Shown here: in pieces, positions 29,515 through 39,643 of the stretch
Layout: every line of letters begins with the position of its first letter
How positions within the stretch are numbered: position 1 is the first letter of the stretch
Source of the DNA: Desulfobulbus propionicus
Lineage (GTDB): Bacteria > Desulfobacterota > Desulfobulbia > Desulfobulbales > Desulfobulbaceae
Reading direction: 5' to 3'
Length of the DNA stretch: 64,000 nucleotides
Assembly (NCBI GenBank): GCA_002747135.1
Contig: PDTE01000022.1
Coordinates: 167 to 64,166, forward strand
Program-made: the position numbers and the translations under genes
Notes under the pieces: model-generated
Database searches by the model: none
What the model saw: the letters and a program-made list of their open reading frames with translations, nothing else
What the model was told of the DNA's origin: nothing

Positions 29515-30579
29515 CTATCTTTTTTGGGTTGAATACACGTAGGCCAGTATTTCTGCGATCACCTTGAAAAGTTCTTCCGGAATCTGGCTGCCTAGCTGCA
29601 CTTTTAAATGCAATAATCTTGCCACAGGAGGGTTTTCAATAATTGGTACGTCATGTTCCCGGGCGATATCCCTTATTTTTGCAGCGACCAGTTCCTGGCC
29701 TTTAGCTGTGACCTCCGGTGCTGCCATGGTTGAAGCCTCGTATTTAAGCGCCACGGCAATCCTGGTTGGGTTGGTGATGACAACATCGGCTTCAGGCACT
29801 GACGCCATCATCCTGCTTCTTGCAAGCTGGCGTTGAATGGAACGAATTTTTGACTTGATATGCGGATCACCTTCGGTTTCCTTCATCTCCTCCTTTTGTT
29901 CCTGCTTGGTCATTTTCATTTTCTCTTCCATTTCCCAGCGGACAAAGGCAAAGTCGAGGGCTGCAAGAAAAATCATGATTGCGGCAATTTTTGCAAAAAT
30001 CAAAAGCAGGGTTTTGCCAAGGAAATAAAAAATGCCAGGTGTGGCAACATCACCAAGCACCAGGGCCTTGTCAACCTGTCCAAGTATCGTGCTGTAGGCC
30101 ACATAGCCGATGAGAAGCACTTTTGTGAGAGATTTGACTACCTCAACCAGAGATTTTCTGGAAAAGAACTTGCCCATGCCCTTGATCGGATCAAGCTTGC
30201 TTAAATCCGGGGTAAGAGGATGACCGGTCAAAAGCCAGCCTATCTGGAAGAAAGTGGAGAAAAATCCCACAATCAGGGAGAGCATCAATACCGGGGCCAG
30301 CAACAGACCAAGCCTTTTCCCCAGATAGGCGGCAAGCTGCATAACTGAAGGGGGCGTGACGGCTACTTCGTTGCTTTTACTCCAGATCTCGTAAAGAAGT
30401 TCTTCCAGTGATTCCAGGAAAAAAGGCCCATAAAAAAACCAGAACAAAAGGGCGCAAGTAAACAGAGCAGCTGTCTGAACTTCTCTGCTTTGAGCTACCT
30501 GGCCCTTTTTTCGAAAATCTGATCGTCGTTTTGCCGAGGGCGCTTCTGTACGTTCGCCTGAGCCTGAATCTTCTGCCAT
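29515..30579 (-). CDS. flhB: Flagellar export gate protein FlhB
   Basis: ERTEAPS, EGDPHIK, NPT autocleavage motif. Confidence 0.97.
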   Translation of the reverse strand: MAEDSGSGERTEAPSAKRRSDFRKKGQVAQSREVQTAALFTCALLFWFFYGPFFLESLEELLYEIWSKSNEVAVTPPSVMQLAAYLGKRLGLLLAPVLMLSLIVGFFSTFFQIGWLLTGHPLTPDLSKLDPIKGMGKFFSRKSLVEVVKSLTKVLLIGYVAYSTILGQVDKALVLGDVATPGIFYFLGKTLLLIFAKIAAIMIFLAALDFAFVRWEMEEKMKMTKQEQKEEMKETEGDPHIKSKIRSIQRQLARSRMMASVPEADVVITNPTRIAVALKYEASTMAAPEVTAKGQELVAAKIRDIAREHDVPIIENPPVARLLHLKVQLGSQIPEELFKVIAEILAYVYSTQKR

Positions 30580-30592
30580 ATTCCTTAATTAT

Positions 30593-30770
30593 CCCGGATT
30601 TCGTCACCAGTCATGAGGGGTGCATTTCTTCGTTATTCTTTGCTTCTTACCTGTAAACTGGTCAGGAGTGCTTTATTTGGACACATACTCTTTCCCGCTA
30701 TCCGAAACGCCGCTGTATTGTCAAAAATGCAATATTTGCACCTGATCAGTCCGGATTTCTCATGAGCACT
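30593..30770. mobile_element. Decayed mosaic of family B body and two family C ends
   Basis: CCCGGATTTCGTCA, GTTATTCTTTGCTTCT...ACTCTTTCCCGCTAT, CCGGATTTCTCATGA. Confidence 0.6.
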
Positions 30771-30845
30771 TTTTGGACGGGTAGCGACAGGAAAATAAAT
30801 AATTGGCTTATTTAAAAAATGTAATATCAACAAGTTGCTGAGTAT

Positions 30846-31628
30846 TTATTTCTTGAGCAAGTCGAGGATTGTTACGATATTGGGAATGATGTTGTCAAAT
30901 TCACGACGAAGGAAAGATGAAATCACGCCAAGAGTCAAAGACATGACAATAAAGGCTGTGCCAATATTTACGGGAAAGGAGAGCATGAAAACATTCAGCT
31001 GAGGAAAAACCCGGGCAAGAACCCCCAGCACCATGCTGGACAGAAGCAGCAGGATAAGGATCGGGGCGCAGAATTTTATGCCTAGCACGAACATATGACT
31101 GCCTATGGTCATGAGCTTTGGCACTGCCTGGCCGGAAAAGTCAAGATAACCTGGAGGTAACACCCTGTATGATTCAACTATTACATGAAAAAAGTAATAG
31201 TGCATATTAAAGGAGAAAAAAATGAGCATGGCAAATACGTTGATGAACTGGCTCACCAGAGAAAGCTGCTGGGTTGTCTGGGGGTCAAGTATATTGGCTG
31301 CGGCAAAGCCCATCTGATAGCCGACAATGGTGCCGCCAAAGCTGATACCGGCAAAGATAAGTTGTGCTGTCAGGCTGATAAGTAATCCAAGAATAACTTC
31401 GTTAACCAGAAGAAAGCCGAGCTCCAGCATGGATTGCGTTGCGATCGGTGTATACTGCTTCATTAATGGAAACAATAAGAGGGCTGTTAAAAAAGAGATG
31501 GAGACCTTTAGTCTCATTGAAATCCCAACCCCGGCTAACGCGGGAACAGCTGCGACGAGAGCGACTGTCCGGGAGAAACAGAGAAGGAAATTCTGAAATT
31601 GATCAATTGGGACAATGAGGGGGTCCAT
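30846..31628 (-). CDS. fliR: Flagellar export protein FliR
   Basis: Polytopic membrane protein, QMGF, RVFPQLNVF. Confidence 0.95.
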   Translation of the reverse strand: MDPLIVPIDQFQNFLLCFSRTVALVAAVPALAGVGISMRLKVSISFLTALLLFPLMKQYTPIATQSMLELGFLLVNEVILGLLISLTAQLIFAGISFGGTIVGYQMGFAAANILDPQTTQQLSLVSQFINVFAMLIFFSFNMHYYFFHVIVESYRVLPPGYLDFSGQAVPKLMTIGSHMFVLGIKFCAPILILLLLSSMVLGVLARVFPQLNVFMLSFPVNIGTAFIVMSLTLGVISSFLRREFDNIIPNIVTILDLLKK

Positions 31629-31649
31629 CTCTGCCGGATATTTTTTTGC

Positions 31650-31919
31650 TTATTTGCCGACCGTGGCAATATCTGCAATGAGTCCAATGGTAAAGGTGGT
31701 TAAAATATTCATGATCCAGGGGCCAAAGATCAGCAGGGTGATAAAAACCGCAACAATTTTGGGGATAAAGGTCATGGTTTGTTCATTGATCTGGGTTGCA
31801 GCCTGAAATATACTGATAACCAGGCCGACAACCAGGGCAACAATAAGCATGGGAGCACCACAGAGCAGTACAGTTTGAAGTGCTTTCTTCCCTATATGAA
31901 CAACCTGTTCCGGGCTCAT
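31650..31919 (-). CDS. fliQ: Flagellar export protein FliQ
   Basis: FQAATQINEQTMTFIPK. Confidence 0.97.
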   Translation of the reverse strand: MSPEQVVHIGKKALQTVLLCGAPMLIVALVVGLVISIFQAATQINEQTMTFIPKIVAVFITLLIFGPWIMNILTTFTIGLIADIATVGK

Positions 31920-31940
31920 GTAATCCTCCGTAGTGATCAG

Positions 31941-32675
31941 TTACCCAAAGCTTTTTACCAGTGATCCAATAATCAGCTGCCAGCCGTCAACAAGTACAAA
32001 AAGCAACAACTTGAAGGGCAGAGAGATAACAATTGGCGGCAACATCATCATCCCCATTGACATCAGTACTGAAGCCACCAGCATGTCAATCACCAGAAAG
32101 GGTACGTACACCATAAATCCCATCTGAAAGGCAATTTTAAGTTCAGAGAGCATGAATGCAGGTATCAGGATAACTGTTGAGATGTCTTTTTTGTTTTCGG
32201 GTTGCTTTGCACGGGTAATGTCAATAAAGAGCTGTAATTCGCCTTCATGTACCTGGGAAAACATAAAGTCTCTCATTATATCAGTAGCCTGATTCAACGC
32301 CTGTTCCTGATCAATCTGTTTGTCAAGAAAGGGTTGCAGTGACTGTTCGTTTATTCTGTTGAAAATCGGTGCCATGATAAACAGGGTTAGAAAAAGCGCA
32401 AGCCCGATCAGCACCTGACTGGGCGGGGTGTTTTGAGTGCCCATCGCCTGGCGGATAAAGCCAAGAACTATAATGATCCTGGTAAAGCAGGTCATCATGA
32501 GCAGGATTGCCGGAGCAATGGAAAGGATAGTAAGCAGAAAAAGAATCTGGATTCCGGTGGAGACCTCTTCCGGGCTCGCCGCCTGATTGACGCCAAGGTT
32601 GAGCGTTGGCAAGGTAACAGCTGAAGCTGCTGCCGGCAGCAAAATACAGAGAAGAATGAAGGATAACCTTTTCAT
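31941..32675 (-). CDS. fliP: Flagellar export protein FliP
   Basis: TCFTRIIIVL, PFKLLLFVLVDGW. Confidence 0.97.
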   Translation of the reverse strand: MKRLSFILLCILLPAAASAVTLPTLNLGVNQAASPEEVSTGIQILFLLTILSIAPAILLMMTCFTRIIIVLGFIRQAMGTQNTPPSQVLIGLALFLTLFIMAPIFNRINEQSLQPFLDKQIDQEQALNQATDIMRDFMFSQVHEGELQLFIDITRAKQPENKKDISTVILIPAFMLSELKIAFQMGFMVYVPFLVIDMLVASVLMSMGMMMLPPIVISLPFKLLLFVLVDGWQLIIGSLVKSFG

Positions 32676-33043
32676 TGCTGCCCTTCCAGTATTTCACTGA
32701 ACGAATCAGGAGAGTGATCAGGGGTAATGGTGGTGAGCAGCCGAATGTCTGAAGAGCTTATTCCCAGAAGCATTTTTTGCCCGTGGACTTCTACAAGGGC
32801 TAAGGTGCTCCTGTTTATCATCGGTCGCAGCTCAAGTACCTTGATGCTTTTCCCCTCGTTGGAGCCTGTAAAGCTGATTTTTTTTCTGGCAAGGCCAAAT
32901 AAAACAAGAATCAGGCCGACAACAATGCCCGTGGCCCAAAGCATTTTCAACAGCATTGAGCCTGCAGACAGTTCGCTTTCAGCGCCAATTGCCTGCAGGG
33001 GCATAAAAAGAAGAAGGAGTAAAAGGTGATAATTGAGTTTCAT
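32672..33043 (-). CDS. fliO: Flagellar biogenesis protein FliO
   Basis: TM segment plus short beta domain; between fliN and fliP. Confidence 0.85.
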   Translation of the reverse strand: MKLNYHLLLLLLFMPLQAIGAESELSAGSMLLKMLWATGIVVGLILVLFGLARKKISFTGSNEGKSIKVLELRPMINRSTLALVEVHGQKMLLGISSSDIRLLTTITPDHSPDSFSEILEGQQ

Positions 33044-33084
33044 TCGTTTATCGGCAATAAATCACAGGTAAAAGTAATGGTTGT

Positions 33085-33152
33085 GTAACCTGAAAGCAGG
33101 TACAGGCGTAAAGCAAGTGACGTCAGAGGGGACATACCCTGTGAGGAGTTAT
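33085..33152 (-). mobile_element. MITE family A fragment
   Basis: CCTGAAAGCAGGTACAGGCGTAAAGCAAGTGA...CCCTGTGAGGAGTTAT. Confidence 0.8.
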
Positions 33153-33158
33153 GGTGTA

Positions 33159-33554
33159 TCAGCCAAGGTTTTCCAGCCGGTCTGACTGGCTGACAACCTC
33201 AATGAGTTTTATGCCAAATTTGTCCCCTACTCTTACGGCCTCACCTCGGGCAATAAGGCGGGAGTTGACATAGAGATCCAGTGGTTCATCAGCGAGTTTG
33301 TCAAGCTCAACCACATACCCTTCTCCCATCTGCAGAAGATCTTTGAGTAAAATGCGGGTTCGGCCCACTTCTACAGAGACCTGAAGGGGAATATCGAATA
33401 AAAAGTCCAGTTCCCGTAGCTCAACCTGTTTGGTCTGCTGTGGTGGTGTGGAAGGAGTTTTCGGGGCCATGGGGTCTTCAAGAAGTTCAGCTGTTTCCTC
33501 CGGGTTAAGCCGATTGGCTGCGATGTCTTTTTCTGCGGGATCAGTTGCTTCCAT
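33159..33554 (-). CDS. fliN: Flagellar motor switch protein FliN
   Basis: DIPLQVSVEVGRT, VELDKLADEPLD, IARGEAV. Confidence 0.96.
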   Translation of the reverse strand: MEATDPAEKDIAANRLNPEETAELLEDPMAPKTPSTPPQQTKQVELRELDFLFDIPLQVSVEVGRTRILLKDLLQMGEGYVVELDKLADEPLDLYVNSRLIARGEAVRVGDKFGIKLIEVVSQSDRLENLG

Positions 33555-34572
33555 TTGCTTCTCCAAAAGGGCTGTTATTGTAGCGCCTGGTTATATGAAA
33601 TGCCTTTTTGCCATTGCTTTCTCCTGGTATGGCAAAAAATTTAGGTTGTTTTTCTATGACGATGTGCAGAGGCCTGTCTGGATTGTAACCAAGGTCAACA
33701 ATATCTCCCTTTTTTAGATCAAGTACCTGACCAATGGTCATGTCAATCAGTCCTGACCGGGCTATAATGGTCACAGTCATCTCCATTGCTTCCTTGTAAA
33801 TAATTCTTCTCCAGCCATAGGCGGCTTGAGTGACGGTGACCATCTCCCTGAATTCTTCTCTGTATGGCTCAAGGGTGAGATAAGGGATAATAAAACGCAT
33901 TTTTCCTGATTTTTCTCCGGCAACCTGTATTTCAAAACTTGCCACGAGCACCTCAGCTTCTGCGTCGACAATGTTTACCAGGCGAAAGTTGTTTTCCACC
34001 TTGGTCAGGCTTGGGGTCATGTCCACCACAGGGTGGATTGCTTTTCCAAAATCCTGACAAATACTTTGCATGGTATTTTTGAGAATGTTCACCTCAATGG
34101 TTGTCAGGGAGCGATCAAGGGTTATGGATTCAATAGCCATCGATGATCCCAGCATAATTTCCAGCAGGGTAAAGGCCATAAAATTGTCAAAATGTACCAG
34201 ACAGCCATATTTAAGGGGGGTAGTGCTGAAAATGCCTATCGCCCCCTGATTGTTGAGATCATTAAGGCTTTGCTGAAAAGTCGTGGTCGTTATTTCAGAA
34301 CGTACAACGGTAAAAGATCGTTGCAGGATGTTTGTAAGTGATGTGCCAAAATTGCGGGCAAACATGTCGACAACAATATCAAAATTAGGGATTCTTGCTT
34401 CACCCTGTTTTGTTGTTTTCCGGTATACCTGAAACAGGCTGATCTCTTGTGCCGGGCGATTTGTCGGGTGCTGGAGATGTTCTCCGGCCGAAGGTGTGTC
34501 AACAGAGACCTCTCCTGATTTTATGGCACTGATCAGTTCAGCGATCTCATCTTTACTTAAGATTGGTTCCAT
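33541..34572 (-). CDS. fliM: Flagellar motor switch protein FliM
   Basis: ILSKDEIAELI CheY-binding peptide, C-terminal SpoA domain. Confidence 0.93.
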   Translation of the reverse strand: MEPILSKDEIAELISAIKSGEVSVDTPSAGEHLQHPTNRPAQEISLFQVYRKTTKQGEARIPNFDIVVDMFARNFGTSLTNILQRSFTVVRSEITTTTFQQSLNDLNNQGAIGIFSTTPLKYGCLVHFDNFMAFTLLEIMLGSSMAIESITLDRSLTTIEVNILKNTMQSICQDFGKAIHPVVDMTPSLTKVENNFRLVNIVDAEAEVLVASFEIQVAGEKSGKMRFIIPYLTLEPYREEFREMVTVTQAAYGWRRIIYKEAMEMTVTIIARSGLIDMTIGQVLDLKKGDIVDLGYNPDRPLHIVIEKQPKFFAIPGESNGKKAFHITRRYNNSPFGEANGSN

Positions 34573-34577
34573 TGTTG

Positions 34578-35087
34578 TCACTGGACGACAAAATCAGTCA
34601 GAAATATATTTTTGACCTTGCCTGTTTTTAAAAAAGAATTGATCTTGCTCTTTAATTCCGCTTTGACCTGTTTTTTTCCCTGAAGGTCCTGCAGCTCCTC
34701 AAAAGTCTTGTTACCTATAAGCAGCAGAATGGCATCGCGAATTTGCGGCATTCGCTTGTTCGCTTCCTCCATGACCCCCTCGTTGCTCAATTCCAGAGTG
34801 AGTGAGGCCTTCACATAATGGGCTGAATCTTCACCGATAATATTGACAATAAATTCGTCAATATTGACCATGGGGCCAATATCGTTATCGTCTAATGCCG
34901 ATGCTTCTATCATTTCTGTCTGTTCATTCCCCCTTTCAGCTGCAGGTGGCTCCTTTTTTAAAAAAAGAAAATAGGCGGCTGCCCCTCCGCCAAGCAGCAC
35001 CAGTACCGCCACGATAATGATAACAAGCTTTTTTTTTCCGCCGCCACCTTCCTTTTCCTTGGTATCAGGTGCATTTTTATTTGCCAT
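34578..35087 (-). CDS. fliL: Flagellar basal body protein FliL
   Basis: Single TM, FIVNI, PQIRDAI, TDFVVQ. Confidence 0.95.
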   Translation of the reverse strand: MANKNAPDTKEKEGGGGKKKLVIIIVAVLVLLGGGAAAYFLFLKKEPPAAERGNEQTEMIEASALDDNDIGPMVNIDEFIVNIIGEDSAHYVKASLTLELSNEGVMEEANKRMPQIRDAILLLIGNKTFEELQDLQGKKQVKAELKSKINSFLKTGKVKNIFLTDFVVQ

Positions 35088-35117
35088 ATGCGCTCAAGCC
35101 CTTTTTTTAAATGTTTG

Positions 35118-35864
35118 TTAAAATGGGATCTGACTTTTAGGTTGATTGTATATATCTATCTTGCGATTGCTTTTAAGGATAAAGTCAACACGCCGATTCT
35201 TTTGACGGTTCTGATCGCTGGTGTTTGGTGCTACAGGCCTGGTTTCTCCATAACCGACTGCAGACATCCTGTCGATGGAGAATACCTTGCCTCGTGTATA
35301 AAAGCGCATGACTGAGACGGCACGTGCTACCGATAAATCCCAGTTGTTCATGGATGAAGAGTTTACCGGGGTGTCGTCAGTGTGCCCTTCAATGCGCATG
35401 GTCATGGGAAGAGGGCGGACAATATCAGCTATTTTTCGTAATACAGGATATGAAGAAGGATTCAAGGTGGCTTTGCCCTCGTCAAAAAGGACGTTGTCTT
35501 CTATGCGCAGGACAATAGAATCATTGTCTCGCTCAATGGCGTCTACCTGGTTCATGAGTTTGGTCATCTCCAGATCACTTTTAACCTGTTTAAAATAATT
35601 CAACTGTGTTTCCCGGGGGATGGGAGAAAATTTTGCTTTTGGCGGAGACTGGATGACTGGAATGGAGTATCGCTTCGGAGCGGCTGTCGTCCTCCAGCCA
35701 AAGGTGTACTTTATGGAGGTTTTGGCTTGAACGAACTTCACCGGGTCCATGCTGGCCATGGAAAGCAGGAGGACGAAAAAGGTGAGTAGCAGGGTCACCA
35801 GGTCACTGAAGGTTACCATCCATAACGGGGCCCCAGCAGGGCATTCTTCCTGTTTTTTTGCCAT
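35118..35864 (-). CDS. motB: Flagellar stator protein MotB
   Basis: WMVTFSDLVTLLLTFFVLL, OmpA domain EGHTDD...NRRVDF. Confidence 0.96.
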   Translation of the reverse strand: MAKKQEECPAGAPLWMVTFSDLVTLLLTFFVLLLSMASMDPVKFVQAKTSIKYTFGWRTTAAPKRYSIPVIQSPPKAKFSPIPRETQLNYFKQVKSDLEMTKLMNQVDAIERDNDSIVLRIEDNVLFDEGKATLNPSSYPVLRKIADIVRPLPMTMRIEGHTDDTPVNSSSMNNWDLSVARAVSVMRFYTRGKVFSIDRMSAVGYGETRPVAPNTSDQNRQKNRRVDFILKSNRKIDIYNQPKSQIPF

Positions 35865-35877
35865 AAGTGAAACGTAT

Positions 35878-36086
35878 GTAACTGATCACGGGCACTTCAT
35901 CTTTGTCCAATCATTATTTTCCGCATACTTTTTACACGAACGTCTCACTTTGCTTGCTTGCCTGCTCGAAATCGTGCTTGCACAAACCTGAAGTATCCGT
36001 GATCAGTTATACCTCAGAAGTAAAGAATAACGGAACGGTACATTCCCTGTAATCGCCCGAAGATGAGTGACCTGGGAGAAGGTACC
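35878..36086. mobile_element. MITE family B (minus, long-loop variant) fused to a family A right end
   Basis: GTAACTGATCACGGGCAC...CCGTGATCAGTTAT...GAATAACG then GAAGATGAGTGACCTGGGAGAAGGTAC, between motA and motB. Confidence 0.8.
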
Positions 36087-36090
36087 ACAT

Positions 36091-36855
36091 TTATTGAAAG
36101 ACTGATTCTCGCTCTTTTGGCGCTATATATGCATGCAGTTTTTGTTCCATGACCCGGGGATTTTCTCCGGATAAAATGGACCCCATTCCTTCCACGATAA
36201 CGGTTTTCTGCAAAAGTTCGGTCTTGGATCTGGTCTTTAGTTTTCCTGCCATGGGATTAAACAGAACGTTTGCCAGCACAGCTCCATAAAAGGTTGTCAG
36301 CAGGGCCACTGCCATGGCAGGACCGATGGACGAGGGATCGCTCATATTCTGGAGCATCTGAACCAGCCCTATCAAGGTGCCGACCATGCCCATGGCAGGT
36401 GATATAGCTCCCAGGGAGAGGAAGATCTCGCTGCCCGAACCATGACGTTCTTGAATGTAATCAATCTCCGTGTTCAGCATGGCTTTGAGATCGTCCGGCT
36501 CCTGACCGTCAACTGCCATCTGTAACGCTTTTACCAGGAATTCATCTTCAACAGAATTAATGGACCCCTGGAGGGATAGAATACCTTCCTTGCGGGCCTT
36601 GTTGGCAAATTCCATAAGCTGGGCGATAAGTTCATTGGTATTGGCTTCTTTGATAAGTATTGTTTTTTTGGCAACGCCAATAGCGCTTATGACATCGCCC
36701 AGGGGGAAATTTATCAGCGCCACCCCGGCTGTACCGCCAAAAACAATGAGCATTGATGCTACATCGATAAACATACCGATGCCGCCTCCTTGCATAATAG
36801 CCATGAACATCAGACCAAAAGCGGCAATTATTCCTACGAGCGTCGCAATATCCAC
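36091..36855 (-). CDS. motA: Flagellar stator protein MotA/PomA
   Basis: ARKEGILSL, PAMGMVGTLIGL, MAVALLTTFYG. Confidence 0.96.
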   Translation of the reverse strand: MDIATLVGIIAAFGLMFMAIMQGGGIGMFIDVASMLIVFGGTAGVALINFPLGDVISAIGVAKKTILIKEANTNELIAQLMEFANKARKEGILSLQGSINSVEDEFLVKALQMAVDGQEPDDLKAMLNTEIDYIQERHGSGSEIFLSLGAISPAMGMVGTLIGLVQMLQNMSDPSSIGPAMAVALLTTFYGAVLANVLFNPMAGKLKTRSKTELLQKTVIVEGMGSILSGENPRVMEQKLHAYIAPKERESVFQ

Positions 36856-36937
36856 GAGTTTGTTTCCTGAAAAGGAGTATTCCTGTTAGTTTTTTTACCT
36901 ATCAAAATGTACATAATATTGGCAGCAAATATAATAA

Positions 36938-36953
36938 TGCAAGAAAGAAGCCA
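36938..36953 (-). promoter_or_regulatory. Putative sigma54 promoter for motA
   Basis: TGGCTTCTTTCTTGCA, GG-N10-GC spacing, about 80 bp upstream of motA. Confidence 0.6.
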
Positions 36954-36990
36954 GAGACGACTGTTGCTGATAAAAAGGATGCCTGAAAAC

Positions 36991-37175
36991 GTAACCAATT
37001 ACGGGGTCTGTACTTTAAGCGTTATTCTCTGGTTCTGACGTATAACTAGTCACGGGTGCAACAGAATTGGGCAAGCACTTTTTTCCGCAGGTAAGCAAGC
37101 GAAGTGAGACGTTCGTGTACAAGAGTATGCGGGAAAGAGTGATCGTGCAAAGATGAAGTGCCTGTGATCAGTTAC
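36991..37175 (+). mobile_element. MITE family B long variant (185 bp) nested in a family A remnant
   Basis: Intact ends; flanks CTGAAAAC/CTGAAGAC; A remnant continues to about 37238. Confidence 0.9.
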
Positions 37176-37261
37176 CTGAAGACAGGTGCAGGGCCACAGC
37201 AAGTGAAAGCAGAGCGGTACTCACCTGCGAGGAGTTATTCATCTGTATTTATCAGCTGATG

Positions 37262-37419
37262 GTACCTCCTCGCAGGGCATGTACTACCCTGGTTTCACTT
37301 GCTGTACGTCTGCAGCTGCTTTCAGGTTGCCCAGGTTTGGGTAAAGGCGATTGGCAGCTATAGCCTTTCTATGCGGTCAATCGTGATCGCCCAAATATGG
37401 GTGATCTGGGAGCAGTTAC
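37262..37419 (+). mobile_element. MITE family A, full length 158 bp
   Basis: A body; flanks AGCTGATG/AGCTGAGG. Confidence 0.9.
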
Positions 37420-37492
37420 AGCTGAGGAAAAAGAAAAAAGCTCTGGAGACATGATATTCAGGATTTTTTGTGTCAGAAAATTGACGCAAATG

Positions 37493-38800
37493 TTACCGTT
37501 TTAAATTTATGAGTTCTGAAAGCATTTCATCTATTGTGGAGATAATTTTGGAGTTTGCCTGAAAGCCGCGCTGGGTGGTGATCATTTTTACAAATTCAAG
37601 GCTCATGTCGACATTGGACTGCTCCAGAGAGTTGGTAAAAATAGTTCCCAGCTCATCTCCGGGAAGTCCAACTCGTATTGTCCCGGACTCTGTTGTTGCC
37701 TCCCACAGGTTAGAACCTGCCGAGGCAAGGCCTCCGGGATTCTGAAACTTGGCAAGAACCAGCTGGGCAATGGATGTTTGCTCGCCGTTGGAATAGGAGG
37801 CAATGACAACCCCATCGCTGTTAATGGCTACTTCAGTAAGCTCTCCGGCGGCATATCCGTCCTGGTTTTGACCGATGACAACTGATGCGCTGTCATACTG
37901 AGTGCAGTTGAATTTCAAGGTTATTTCCTGAGCAAGCGCCGCACCATTTCCCCAGTCTGCAATATTCAGGGCAATTTCCAGAGGATCATCGGCGTTTCCA
38001 TCCGGGTTGCCATCTCCATTTGTATCTATGAGGCCACTTGGATCAAAATCAAGGGGAGTTGCAATGGCTATCGCCTGATCTGGAACAGCTCCGGTGCCTA
38101 CACCGTCAACGGTGTACCCCATTTCCCAGGTATTGGTTGCCTCGTCTGCCAGGCGCCAGTATACGGAAATAGTGTGAGCCTCGCCCAGGGAATCATAGAC
38201 CGGGCAGGAGGTCATATAATTGTAGCTGTCGGAATCCCCTGGCAAGATATTGGGGAAGGTCGCATTATTTACAAGTTCCGAGTTGGAATCCAGGTTGGTT
38301 TCAAAGGTCACCTCAGTGGTTGCTTTGGCAGAACTGAGGCCAAGATCAGTTACCTGGATATTGCTTGCGTCTCCTGCTATAAGGTTACCGTCTTCATCAA
38401 ATGCCTTTCCCTGAACCACATATCCTTCTGAATTGACCAGATACCCATCGTCATCAAAGGAAAAGGCGCCGGCTCTGGTGTAATAATTCATTTCATCGTC
38501 AAGTGCACTGACAACGAAGAAGCTGTCTCCTTCAATGGCGACGTCTGTTCCCGAAGAGGTTGATTCGAAAGTGCCCTGGCTTAATACTTTGTCTACACTT
38601 GACAGGCCGACGCCGCGACCAACCTGAGACGTACCTCCAGAACCTGAGACTGAGCTTGAGAGAAGATCAGAAAATACGGCACGGCTGCTTTTAAATCCAA
38701 TTGTATTGGTGTTGGCCAGGTTGTTTCCGATAACCTCCATGGCCTTGGAATTGGTATTCAGTCCGCTGACGCCGCTAAACATTGCACTGGTAATGCCCAT
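37493..38800 (-). CDS. flgE: Flagellar hook protein
   Basis: IGNNLANTNTIGFK, YTRAGAF, LEQSNVD...QRGFQANSK. Confidence 0.97.
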   Translation of the reverse strand: MGITSAMFSGVSGLNTNSKAMEVIGNNLANTNTIGFKSSRAVFSDLLSSSVSGSGGTSQVGRGVGLSSVDKVLSQGTFESTSSGTDVAIEGDSFFVVSALDDEMNYYTRAGAFSFDDDGYLVNSEGYVVQGKAFDEDGNLIAGDASNIQVTDLGLSSAKATTEVTFETNLDSNSELVNNATFPNILPGDSDSYNYMTSCPVYDSLGEAHTISVYWRLADEATNTWEMGYTVDGVGTGAVPDQAIAIATPLDFDPSGLIDTNGDGNPDGNADDPLEIALNIADWGNGAALAQEITLKFNCTQYDSASVVIGQNQDGYAAGELTEVAINSDGVVIASYSNGEQTSIAQLVLAKFQNPGGLASAGSNLWEATTESGTIRVGLPGDELGTIFTNSLEQSNVDMSLEFVKMITTQRGFQANSKIISTIDEMLSELINLKR

Positions 38801-38914
38801 AGCAAACTCCTGTCTAGATGGATAAAGAGAATTTTAGGTAGTTGTTTGTTATTATCTTCGCCATCCATTGCGTCAGATAACAGTTCATTAAGCTGTGATG
38901 CTTATTGCCCGGTC

Positions 38915-39625
38915 TTAACCCTCTGTTGTGTTGTCTTCCTCTTCGCCCGAGTCTTTTGCTTCCTGGTCGTATGCCCCATGAATCGAATCAATGGTGAAAT
39001 TACCGAAACTGGTTGTCAGCATTGGTTCGCTGCCTTCCAGATCAACTCCGGTCACTTCTGTCTTCATAAGCGGGGTGACCACTGCGTCCTCACTACTCTC
39101 TTCTCCTGTGACAACGGATATAGAGTATGTTCCTGATTCAAGGGGGTTCCCCTCGCTGTCAAGACCGGTCCAGGAAAAGGTATGGTTTCCTTCACTGGTG
39201 TCATCAATCTCTATTGTGTCAACTGTCTGCCCGGTGGAATCCTGTATGTAGATAGTCGCACTGTCAACAGTCCCTTCTATCTTGTAGCCAAGGTCAACAG
39301 GTTCTCCGCTATAAGAAAAACTATCTCCTTCAACCAGAATGTCTTTGCCAATAAGGCTCAGGCTGGAGATCTGCTGTGAAGTGTTTTGAGCGGTAGTCAG
39401 CTCATCCATGGCATCATTTAGGTTAAACAGCTGTTCAAGTTCGCTGTACTGTGCCAGTTGAGAAGTAAACTCTGTTGGGTCACTGGGATTTAAGGGATCC
39501 TGATACTGGAGCTGGGCAACAAGGAGCGTCAGGAATTCATCCATGCCAAGCGTATTGCCGCTCTCAGCAGTTGTGCTGGTGGTGGTTGTATCTGCTGTTG
39601 TCGTGATGCCTGCTATATCGGTCAT
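38915..39625 (-). CDS. flgD: Flagellar hook capping protein
   Basis: FLTLLVAQLQYQDPLNP...QLAQYSELEQ. Confidence 0.96.
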   Translation of the reverse strand: MTDIAGITTTADTTTTSTTAESGNTLGMDEFLTLLVAQLQYQDPLNPSDPTEFTSQLAQYSELEQLFNLNDAMDELTTAQNTSQQISSLSLIGKDILVEGDSFSYSGEPVDLGYKIEGTVDSATIYIQDSTGQTVDTIEIDDTSEGNHTFSWTGLDSEGNPLESGTYSISVVTGEESSEDAVVTPLMKTEVTGVDLEGSEPMLTTSFGNFTIDSIHGAYDQEAKDSGEEEDNTTEG

Positions 39626-39643
39626 ATCAGTACTCCTTTCGGT

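Noticed and set aside
33048-33055. GCCGATAA sigma28 -10 box before fliO
   Set aside because: Only 4 nt from the start codon and no TAAA -35 element at the right spacing.
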